A stretch of 64,000 nt of DNA from Paraspadella gotoi (Eukaryota > Animalia > Chaetognatha). The notes under the pieces are model-generated. The model searched no databases, was not told where the DNA came from, and saw only the letters and a program-made list of their open reading frames with translations. The position numbers and the translations under genes are program-made. This document shows, piece after piece, positions 53,019 to 64,000 of the stretch. Position 1 is the stretch's first letter. Each line of letters opens with the position of its first letter. The stretch covers positions 15,776,617 through 15,840,616 of the forward strand of contig CM119269.1 of the NCBI GenBank assembly GCA_051294375.1, given 5' to 3'.

Positions 53019-55082
53019 AGAGAAAGAAATAGAGGTACGGTTCTATTTCATTACGACGCCGAAAGGAGAGAGAGAAACGGCGAGGGAGGAAAAAAGGAAA
53101 ATTAAAAAAGGAGAGAAGATGGCGTTTGGGTTGATTGATGAAGGGATTAGACCGAAGAGTCAACCGCCACAAAAGATGAGCGGCGCGCGAAATAAAAAAA
53201 CAAAAAACAAAAGAAAATGAAAAAGTAAAGTTAAAGAATCTGTGGAGGACAAAAACTTAAAGATTTTTTAGAAACATTAATCTAAAAGTCCGACTAACTT
53301 GACAAAACGAAACAAAATCATAATCATCGAAACAAATTCTGCTGTAGTTAACATGAATTTTTTTAAAATGTTAATCAAAATAACGTTTTCAAATCGTGCG
53401 TCTTTGAATAAATGAAAATCTCCTTTCTCGTCCTGAAGCGAAGAGGCTGAAAATGAGTTTGTTTCTGTCTGAAGATAAAAGGAGCAAAAACAGAATCCTT
53501 TTAATATGCATCATTTAAAGTAATGATGGGCATCAAGCCGCGAGGGGGGCAAGGCCATGAGAGAAAGAGATAGATAGAGAAAGAGAGATAGTGAGTGTGA
53601 GAGAATAACAAATGAAATGGAAAAAAGAGAGAGATGGAGGGAGAAAGGGGAAATAGTAGTCAGAGTGAGAGAGCGTTAAAACATTGAAATGGAAAGGGGA
53701 GTGACAGAAAAAAACTGAAAGAGTGAGAGAGAGAGAGAGAGAGAGAGAGNNNNNNNNNNNNNNNNNNNNNNNNNCTGCGTACTTTGCCTCGCCACTTACT
53801 CTGCGAACTAACCACACTATAGCGCAAGTTCTTTCTGCAGTGCACTCTTTCTCATCATCGTCAAGGGACATGGACCGACGATACACTCTCCTACTTGATT
53901 CTCTGATCCCTCGTCTTTACTCGATGCAGACCGTACATCCGATCATCAGTATTTTTTCTCTCTTTGAATTATTATATGATGAAAGCAATATGCAGTGTAC
54001 GGGTTCTATTTGCATTACGGATGCCGAAAGAGATGAGAGATATCCTTTTCTCTGTGCAGTTAAAATTATTATTACGTCTCTTATGCAATGATTTTTTCTG
54101 TGGTTGATTTATCGAAGGTGATTAGACGATTTAGCTCAACCGCCACAATCATGTGAGCGCGGTTCGCGCGAAATAATTTAAAATAACACTAATCTTATTT
54201 ATACATTTTAACGTTCAAGCAACATTTTTTTTAAAGTTATCCTATTTTTGTGGAGACAACAACTTATAGTTTTTTAGAAACATTAACTCCTAAAAGTCGA
54301 CTTACTCTTGACAAAACGTCAAACTCACTTAACTCTCATTCATTCCCTCATAATCATTTCGAAAACAATATTCTCCCTCTGTACCGTTAAACATGAATTT
54401 TCTTTTTAATGTTAATCACAATCTCATCAACGTGCTTTCCTTTCCAATCATCTCGCTCGGCGTCTTGACCAAATTTTGAAAACTCCTCCTTTACTACGTA
54501 ACCTTGACAGGCCTGAGAGCCCTTTGAAAACTGACGTTTGTTTCTGTCTGACAGATACATAAAGGAGCAAAAAGCAGACATCCTTTTAATATGCATCATT
54601 TAAAGTAATGATGGCATCAAGCGCGAGGGGCAAGGCCATGATAAGAAAGAGATATGTATAGTAAGGAGAATCCAAAGAACGAGCACGGTAGAGTTCCGCT
54701 CACGCTGTGAGTCCCGAGATGTAAACAATATCGCCAAATGAGTAATAAACTAAGAGAGACGGCTCAAGGAGCGCAGGTTGAGTAAAAGGCGTCGGCACTG
54801 AAGATATGTTAGTCTAGAGTGATGAGAGCCGTTCAAATTCATTTTGAATATGGAGTTTAAGTTTTAGTATGCTCTAGTTAATGGAATTATAAACTGTATA
54901 TATAGACGAGTGGATCGAGAGATGAGCAGAGTATCTGAGAGACGTGCTCCTCTGGTAGTTCCCGTGATTGCGACACATAGTGTTCTTGCAGTTTCTCTAG
55001 ACACTCATTTCAGTGTGGGTTGTTTTTTCTGGTACCGCTTCCCCTTTCCATGTCATGGTTTAACGCCTCTCTCACTCGCTAC
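52900..55082. repeat. Noisy duplication across the 25-N gap at 53750-53774 with a fold-back end (likely artefact)
   Basis: 53450-53570 matches 54525-54650; 53035-53065 matches ~53996-54035; ~55040-55082 is the reverse complement of ~53656-53699. Confidence 0.75.
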
Positions 55083-55553
55083 TGTTGCCGTGCCGCTCAG
55101 TCCCGGCATCGACAGTAGACGAACTGTTTGGTTGAGAACCCTGAAAAAAAACCACCTGAAGGAGGATTTATTTAAAAAAAAAAACAAAAGAAAAGAAAAA
55201 AAGATGTGAATAAAAACAGGGCGTGGGAGCTAACCAAAATGCTTATAGAGCGGGAGGGGGAGAAAATGTCTGGTGAGGGGATATGTTGTGGTAGACTTTA
55301 AGGATACGGGGTGACGCGAGGGAACCCGGCGTGCGGAAAAAGTGTCGCTAGAGAGAGTGAGAGAGAGAAGAGGTAGGAGGAAGGCAGGGAGGGGAGGCGA
55401 GAGAGTCAGGGAGGAGATGAGAGAGGGAGAGAGGGAAGAGTAGCCGCGATGGGACGAAGGAGAGATGGATGAGAGAAAGAGGATGATGGGAGTGAGAGGA
55501 GAAGAGACAGATGATGAGAGTGAGGAGAGAAAGACGAAGAGATGGAAGGACGA

Positions 55554-55587
<34 letters not shown>

Positions 55588-55776
55588 ACAGAGAGAAGAG
55601 AAGAGGAGAGAGACAGGAGAGAGAAGGAGAGAGAGAGAGAGAGAGAGAAATACAGAAAAGATTGAGAGCGAGTCAAATAAAAAAAGGAAAGGATGTTAGA
55701 AGAGACAAAAAATATATGGAGACAGAAGGCAAGTTGGAGAAAATGGACAAAAAAGAATGGCTGAAGCAAAGAACGA

Positions 55777-55872
<96 letters not shown>

Positions 55873-56350
55873 AAAAGGAACAGTAATTAAATTAAATTAA
55901 AAAAATCTATAGTATTTACCATCACACAAATAACTGAAACTCACGAAGGATGGAATCTACTCATACCCTCACTCCTGTCTGACTCATTTCACGTTTTTCT
56001 TTCATCTTGTTTTAATCCGAAATATTAAACTTTTGAATTAAATCCGGAGATAATAAACCAACCAAAATATTTTGGAGTGATGGGTAAGAAAGTCAGATAA
56101 TAAAACTAATTTTCAAAACAAAATTGCAACAAGAGCTCAGAATCTAAAAACGATTTTACGAAAATATTAAATGAGGTAAGAAAACGGGGGGAAAAAGACA
56201 TACAACGTAGATCGAGACGCGAGACGGACGTACGGACATAAAACGGGATTTCGTCTTTGTCGTTCTCCGAGATTGAAGACTTTCCTCTGGAAGATTCTCT
56301 CTCTCTCTCTCTATCTTTCTTTCTCTCTCTCTTCTGTCTTCACTCTTTCC

Positions 56351-56385
<35 letters not shown>

Positions 56386-56627
56386 CTCTCTGGTTTCGTC
56401 TTATTCTCATATTTTATGCCTTAACCTGATGTTTATTTGTTATATTTCCATTTTTATTTCTCTTTTTATTCCCTTTCCCGGCATTCATCCCTTCGGGGCG
56501 GGGGGTGGGGGGCGAGGAGAGGGCGAAGCATCGTCGACGGACTGCACGAGAAGAATGGAAGGCGGCATCGAACCGGAGTGATGAATCATATCCTCGCATG
56601 TTCGAAGGAGATCTTACTCTTGACATT

Positions 56628-56665
<38 letters not shown>

Positions 56666-56719
56666 CTCTCTCTCTCTCTTCCTCTCTCTTCTCTCTCTCT
56701 CTCTCTTCTCTCTCTCTCT

Positions 56720-56787
<68 letters not shown>

Positions 56788-57360
56788 ATCGCACACTCAC
56801 TCTAACAATTGGCTTACCCTTTCTTTCCGTTAATCTTCCGCCCGTCAGAATCGAGTAATTATTTCCCCAATAAAACGTAAATTTCGTTTCCACATTCGTC
56901 GTCGCTCATCAAGTTGACGGGAAGCGATGTTTAAGTGGATTCAATCTTTTTTAAATCATTCGCGCCACAAAATGTGCGGGCGTCGAATGCAGGATAAAAA
57001 TGGCGTCGCCAATATGCCGTCTTTAAAATGGGAGTCAAAGTGGCGCCTTCAAAATGGCGTTCGTCAAAATTCGAGTCAAAGAATTAGATAAAAATAGTCT
57101 ATAAAACTTTTTAATAACCTGTTCTTGTTTTCTGGAATAATTGGTCTCTTCATTTTTTTTCTCCATGACAGAGGAATGGTGTAGACCTTTTCATTTCTTC
57201 CTTTTTTTTTAACCGCATTAATTTTTTATTTGCTAATTCATTTCTTAGTTGTTTTCTTTTCTTTTTTTATTCATTTTCTTTCTATTATTCTTTCTGTATT
57301 CTGTATTATTAATTCTTTCTCATTCTTTTGTTTTTTTTTTTCCTTGTTTTTCTTTTATTT

Positions 57361-57423
<63 letters not shown>

Positions 57424-58531
57424 TTTCTTTTTTCTTTCTTCTTCTTTTATTTCTTTTTTTCTTTTTCTTTCCTTATTTCATTGTTTCATTCTTTTTTCTT
57501 GCATTCTCTTTTCCCCTCTTTATTTTCCTTCAAAAGTCAATCCCCATTTTTCCTTTTTCCTCCCGTCTTCCCTCCATCCCTTCGTCCATACTTCTCTCGA
57601 ATTCCCCTCCGTCCACATCTTAAGTTTATCACCCGACGACGCGACGCCTTGAAAATACGAGACTTTGTTTTTGTCACAACGAAATGATTCATGAAGTTTT
57701 TGTAAAAACAAAGGAATTTGATTTTAACAAAAGAGAGGGAAACCACGAGGCGATTCTTTTTAAAAAAATATGTATTTAAAAAATTATTTTTAGTTAAACC
57801 TTTTTTTTTCTGTCCTTGGTTTAAATTATTTAATAAGTGAAATGCTGCAACAAAAATCATTTTTAAAATTATAACAATTCCCACAAAATGTAAAAACAGA
57901 AAGAAAAACAACAATAACAACTATAGCAACTTAACGAAAACCACAATCAAAATATAAATACGATTACAACAACAACCGAAACAATCTTACCAAAGACCAT
58001 ACCCATAAGCAGCCCAATCATTATTATCACTACGACAACAACAAATACCGAAACAATTACATCAACTGAAGCCAATGAAACCACAATAATCACAACGACC
58101 ACTACTACCGTAACCACAGAACCAACCACAATCACAATTCATTGGGGCCAAAGAGTTCATACCAGATATCATTATTATTCCCGCGTTTAAATGTCTTCTT
58201 TTTAAATTAATCGAATTCGCGATGCTCCGTCGAAAATCAGAAAACTTGAGACACCGATATGTCAGTGATATGGAAACCGTCGAACTCTGAGTCGTTCTGC
58301 CCCTTCGTCGACGCGATGATTGACAATATGGAGACTATAGTATAGTACTTATGTATTTGTGATCAACTATTATCAATCGAAACTGTCATAGTGCGAAATA
58401 AAACAGTACATAAACCTTTTTAACGAGATAAAGAGACAAACTTAAACTAAGAAAAAAAATGAATAACGACTGAAACTAATCGAGATCGCCCCCCCCCTCT
58501 CCCCCTCATATCTCCCCCCTCTCCCCGACAG

Positions 58532-58646
58532 TTGCCGAGCTGACTACGTCGACATCTACCTGCAATCGCCGTACGAGGGATTCGACCTCATAGACACGCC
58601 CCTCTTCGGCCGCTACTGCGGTCACGCTCACCCGCCGGCGCCGCTG
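58532..58646 (+). CDS. Exon B of the CUB gene (middle of CUB1)
   Basis: CCCCGACAG acceptor, CTG|GTAAGC donor. Phase 2 in completes GA+T=Asp from exon A. Encodes CRADYVDIYLQSPYEGFDLIDTPLFGRYCGHAHPPAPL (CUB C..DYV.I and GRYCG motifs). Not in the ORF track. Confidence 0.93.
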
Positions 58647-61630
58647 GTAAGCGAAACGCGAAACGAGTGGGGGAGGGGGGGGGATAGAGGAAGTTAATTG
58701 TTTTTCCCCGATCGGCAGAAAGGAGGAAAAATAAGACGACGTGCACTCGAATCGTCAAAGTATCTGTTTAACTCTATGGATGAAACTTCATGAAATCTGT
58801 TTCATTTATTAGTAAAATTCCAGTTTAGAATTTAAAAAAAGTTATAAATAAGTTCTCAATCCGTTAATCTCCGTTTAACTTTGTCGATGTGCCGTTCCGT
58901 TTATATTCTCGTCCCTCCACCAATCCTTCCGATCCTTTCGTCCGTATGCCAATGCATTCATGCCCTTGTGGCAGTTATTAAAGAGACGAAGTTAAGATCG
59001 GGAATCATTTATTCTCCACTCTTGGCACCAAATAATCTTCGTCTTAGCTCACAATTTTTCTCGATTTTTCACCAATCTGTCTCCCTTTCAAACATTTCGC
59101 CCTTTAATTAACCAGTCCGTTTTTCAGTCCGTATCTTCCTGCGGATCGTATTGTCCATTCAAAAATCCGTCTTGATAACTCTTTTTTTCCCTTCGCACTT
59201 CGGTCTCAACCTTTGCTGACGAATCAGAGCGAAAAAACCAAAATGGGGGAAAAAGAAAAGGAATTTTGTCGAGAAGTCTATGACCTGGTTTTTCCCGATT
59301 TTCTCAATCCGGTTTTTTCCTCTCTGTCTCTACGAATGTCGCGAAAGAAAGAAACCATTTGGCAATAATTGAATCAATAAATAAATGAAGTTTGAAATGG
59401 CAAAAGATACTGCTATGCCTTCCCAACGGCCAAGAATTTTGCTATGAGCCATTTAACGGGCCAGACGAAATCAATTCGAAACAAAGTTCGTTTTAATTGG
59501 TGGTCTACGCAAAGAGAAGAGTAATTTTGTTGCCGTCGTCGTCGTCGTCGTCGAGTTCTTCGTCATCGTCGTTGTCCCCCTGGTCGTGAATTTGCTTTTG
59601 TTGTGATGTTTGGTTGAATATCAAGTCGCAAATTTGTTGTCGACCGCATCGATTATCCTAGAGAGGACAACGCCCTCTCGAAAACCTTCCAGTGCTCGAG
59701 GTCACCAACCGAAGTTAAAGTTACAATGCAGAATTTTTTATTGTGAAAATTTATACCAATTGGTTTTTCACAAATAGTCCATGTTCAATGTTTATTAATA
59801 GTTGTCAGAACTATTCAGTATTCAGCTCTCTTCTCACTGTCCCTCGATAATTGATATTTCTGTTTTCCGCTCATTNNNNNNNNNNNNNNNNNNNNNNNNN
59901 NNNNNNNNNNNNNNNNNNNNNNNNNNNNNNNNNNNNNNNNNNNNNNNNNNNNNNNNNNNNNNNNNNNNNNNNNNNNNNNNNNNNNNNNNNNNNNNNNNNN
60001 NNNNNNNNNNNNNNNNNNNNNNNNNNNNNNNNNNNNNNNNNNNNNNNNNNNNNNNNNNNNNNNNNNNNNNNNNNNNNNNNNNNNNNNNNNNNNNNNNNNN
60101 NNNNNNNNNNNNNNNNNNNNNNNNNNNNNNNNNNNNNNNNNNNNNNNNNNNNNNNNNNNNNNNNNNNNNNNNNNNNNNNNNNNNNNNNNNNNNNNNNNNN
60201 NNNNNNNNNNNNNNNNNNNNNNNNNNNNNNNNNNNNNNNNNNNNNNNNNNNNNNNNNNNNNNNNNNNNNNNNNNNNNNNNNNNNNNNNNNNNNNNNNNNN
60301 NNNNNNNNNNNNNNNNNNNNNNNNNNNNNNNNNNNNNNNNNNNNNNNNNNNNNNNNNNNNNNNNNNNNNNNNNNNNNNNNNNNNNNNNNNNNNNNNNNNN
60401 NNNNNNNNNNNNNNNNNNNNNNNNNNNNNNTTCCTTCTCCGCAAAATTTTTTCTCCGTCACAAGTTTTCTCTTTTCTATTCTTTTCTTCTTTTTTTCTCT
60501 CACTCTTATCTTTCCTTCTCTCCATACCATTATTCATCTTTCCCTGACTTTTGCTTTTTCTTCTCTTCATCCCTCTCTTGCATCGAGCCCGTGTTGCGCC
60601 TGCTTCCCACGCGAGAGGCAAATCGTCGCTTTCTGCGATTGCCAAAGTCATTGATGCCGACCGTAATCCACCCTCGCTTACACAATAGCCCCGTAGCGGC
60701 GCCGCCCCCTTCCGATACGCCCTAGCCAATTGCTAAAAGCATTTGCATACAACGTTGCCCGCTAACTTCTTCTTTTCCCCTCTTGCACACGATCGTGTAT
60801 CCACGAGTCTGCTTGCGTCGAACCATTTCTTTCCCAGCATTTTTTAAATTTCGTCTGCGTCTTTTCGTCCAAACTTCCGTTGATTCATGTATTTCTTTTC
60901 GCTGTCAATTAATTTACCTCAAGACGTCGAGCCGTTTCCTCCTAGGATAGAATATACAGGGTGATTAGAAAGGGTTGAACGCAAACGGTTAATTCTTCCA
61001 CGACCTCTGTGTACGAAACTAAGGCATTCTTTCACCACCTGCAAAAATCCCGGTCAAAAATGACGCGCTTTCTCCCTCCCCATTACTCCTACCTCCCCTG
61101 CCCCAAATGCGTTCTCCCCGTCACCGTCTCTCTCTTTCACGTCATCACTCACTCCCTCAACGCCGTCCTCCTCTTCGCTCCCCCCCCCCAGGGATCTCTT
61201 CTTTTTTTCACCCCTTGTTGTCACATTAGGCGATGGCACTCCTGTCACCGCAAACGCCTTTTTCAAACCGAATGTAAACAAAAAAACAAAAAAACAAAAC
61301 AAAAAAAAACTCTCGTCTTTCTTCCTTTGTGTTTCGTTCCTTTTTTCTCTCTCGTTATCGCCAGATGCTTTTTCCAAAAAAAGAGAAAAAAGGAAAAAAG
61401 ACAAAAGAAAGAGATACGAGAAAGAGAAAAAAAGAAGAATGATAAAAAAAGAAAGAGAACAGACCGGAATTTTTACATTTCTACGATTTATGCAATGTAA
61501 CCAAAAACTAAAAAAAAGAATTGAAATATCGAAATATTATGCCAACAGTAAAACCGAAAATATCGTTGAAAATTTAAGAGAGCGTGGCTTGGGTGTAATA
61601 CGTAGACGAAGAAAGAGATACGTAGTAGAC

Positions 61631-61694
<64 letters not shown>

Positions 61695-62255
61695 AGAGAG
61701 AGAAGACGAGTAGAGAGAGAAATTTTCCAGCCAAATCGAAAAAAAAACTGAAAAAAAGGTACGGGAAAAATCCAGATTGCAAATAAACAAACTGGCATCA
61801 GTTTCGGGGATGGCTGCCAAGGACGTTCCCGAATAAGGTTATGTGGCTCATGTTGTGTACGCTCAGCGGCGCGCCTCCCAAAACTTCTTTCTAATTTGTT
61901 TTCTTTAACTCTCTTCTTTTCTCTCTTGAAAAATAGGGGAAAAAAAGACTTTGTAAAAATTTTTTTACGATTGCCTATATATGAAATGATGGAAATAAAT
62001 AGAGATAGGTTAAACCGAAAGGTTTTACTTATATTTTCAGGTTTAAAGTCGCAAATTACTGCAATGCGTCATATAAACTAATTAAAATCAAAAACGACAA
62101 CGTTAAAATGTTTTTTAAAAAAAAATATTCATTCAACTTGGAACCATGGTTCTATACATTGGATATTCCCGCCAAAATCGCCTTTACAATGTTTTCCCAT
62201 CTCTCTCCTTTTCCCACTCCGATCACCCACAAAAATCGGGTCCACGCGACCACAG

Positions 62256-62430
62256 GGCGTGAACCCACAGACGTTGAACCCGAAGTCGCCGCGTCCGCCC
62301 TCGCCCAACCTGCCCGGCGGACCGTTGGGCGTGACGATGTCCTTGACGCCGATCTACGTGATTGGCTTTTACAGCGACGGTGACGTCAACGATCGGGGTT
62401 TTAATCTCACTTATCAATTCGTGGACGCGA
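62256..62430 (+). CDS. Exon C of the CUB gene (end of CUB1)
   Basis: CCACAG acceptor (phase 0, matches exon B), A|GTAAGG donor (phase 1). Encodes GVNPQTLNPKSPRPPSPNLPGGPLGVTMSLTPIYVIGFYSDGDVNDRGFNLTYQFVDA (CUB F.SD.....GF...Y motif). An alternative in-frame acceptor would start at 62271. Confidence 0.9.
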
Positions 62431-62829
62431 GTAAGGAGAGTGGTGGGGTGAATGATGAAGGTGGTGGTTGAGTGGTAATGAAGGTGGTGATTGAGTGGTA
62501 ATGAAGGTGGTGGTTGTGTGGTTGAGTGGTTGGGCTGATGGTGGAGAAAGTTAGGTTGTTGGTGAAATATGTTGCTCTCTGGAAAAAAAAATGAGAAGGA
62601 GAAAAATTGTTAATTTGTAATAGAATAGAGTGACAACTATGTTTTGAGGTTTATAATTGATGCAACTGAGAACGAAATATTGATTAAAGTGCTTAACTTT
62701 ACTTTGTGAAAAAAAATATGGCCACGTTAAGTGAGAGACAGGCTTTCATAAGACTCGCGTACTTACTTTTTATCTCGAACAAAAGACAGACAAAACTCTT
62801 TCCTACTCGTCTTCTTCCTTTACTTTCAG

Positions 62830-62964
62830 CGCCTTACCTTATGGGCGGTCGTCCTCTTCACCCAAGACCCGATAAAGCCTCACCTTACGCGGTGCTGCAG
62901 GACAAATGCGGGTGGATTATCAGCACATTGGATGCTGCCGGCGGCATTGACGTATATGACCCGG
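62830..62964 (+). CDS. Exon D of the CUB gene (linker and probable start of CUB2)
   Basis: CTTCCTTTACTTTCAG acceptor, G|GTAAGG donor, phase 1-1 matching exon C. Encodes PYLMGGRPLHPRPDKASPYAVLQDKCGWIISTLDAAGGIDVYDP; CGWII resembles a CUB start. Confidence 0.8.
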
Positions 62965-63152
62965 GTAAGGGGGCGGTGGGAGGGAAGGGACGGAAGGGAA
63001 GGAAGGAAGGCAGAGAAAAGAAAAGAAGATATAGAAATGAATTCATTATTTAAAACGTTATGTGGAAAGAAAGAAAGAAAGATAGAAATAATAAAATAAA
63101 TAATATAAATAAATAAATAAATAAATAAATAGATTAAGATAAATAAATATAG

Positions 63153-63192
<40 letters not shown>

Positions 63193-63198
63193 AAAATA

Positions 63199-63241
<43 letters not shown>

Positions 63242-64000
63242 TAACAAAGCAAGAATGAAACAAAGAAGCAAAGAAAAATCAAAGAAACAAAGATAGAAAG
63301 AAAGGAAAAATGGATTCGGTATTAGATATGTAAAAATATATTCTCATTATCTTTTGAAGAGTCACTGACCGATAGCAACATATCCAATACCTTATCATTA
63401 ACGAGAGCAAAAGTCGGAAAAAAAAATTGAACGAAGCCAGAAAAAGAACGGAAGTGAAGAGACACCGAGGAACTTTTTTTCTCCGCTAACTGGAATTCCG
63501 CTGGGTCAAACGGAGCTGGGGGCATCGGTCGGTGGCGGCCGGAACCAATCAATAAAAATGGGGCCAATCAATAAAAATGGGGCCCTGAGGGCGAAGGTGG
63601 AGAAAGGTTGAGATAGTCTGCCAAAGGGAGAAATGGAATCGAGGAAGAAGAAAGAATGTGGCGGAAATGGAATAAGCAGGAAGAAGAAAAATCGAGTAAA
63701 ATAAGAAAAGAATGGAGGAAAGAAAAGAAGATGGAGGAAAGAAAAGAAGATGGAGGCGTGGTGGAGGGTTGAAAAAAAAAGGAGAGAATGAAAAGGAAAA
63801 CAGAGGAATAAGATAGAAAGAACGTGAAAAGAGAAGGAAAGGAAAGATGAGAAAGAAAAGAGAAAAAATGAGGAAGGAATGAAAGTGAAAGGTCTACGAA
63901 AATATATTTTTTCGTCCGAAGGATAAATAAAGACAGAAATAAAAATAGTAGCCTGCGGCGAATAAATAAATAAATAAAGAAAATAAATAAATAATAAGCG

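Noticed and set aside
54900-55082. Biological inverted duplication
   Set aside because: Very noisy reverse copy of ~53656-53725 next to an overfilled gap; more consistent with a fold-back raw read.
57905-58140. Mucin-like Thr-rich frame in the CUB intron
   Set aside because: Degenerate (AAC)n tract with no acceptor; exons A and B join without it.
59802-60729. ORFs spanning N runs (also near 1.1, 9.6, 15.0, 46.3 and 48.3 kb)
   Set aside because: Open only because of assembly gaps.

Overview
Microsatellite-rich, gene-poor eukaryotic (animal, probably invertebrate) DNA from a gap-filled draft assembly. Nearly all ORF-track entries are simple-repeat or N-gap artefacts. The one well-supported gene is a + strand CUB-domain protein. 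Four phase-compatible GT-AG exons (40887-41061, 58532-58646, 62256-62430, 62830-62964) encode one full CUB domain with an unusual Pro-rich insertion and the start of a second CUB; the gene continues beyond the window. 17.7-24.5 kb is a nested repeat complex: about 17 copies of a ~185-bp hairpin-containing satellite, a MITE-like inverted pair built from the same 45-bp motif, a Helentron/DINE-1-like (HINE) element with expanded internal tandem repeats inserted into it, and three ~290-bp units with tRNA-like A/B boxes. Tentative minus-strand exons of unidentified gene(s) lie in 0.1-15.7 kb, two with possible non-GT donors. Three apparent duplications flank 25-N gaps and are most likely long-read gap-filling artefacts. 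No rRNA, complete tRNA, CRISPR array or transposase/RT ORF was seen, and no clearly novel system is demonstrable from the sequence alone.
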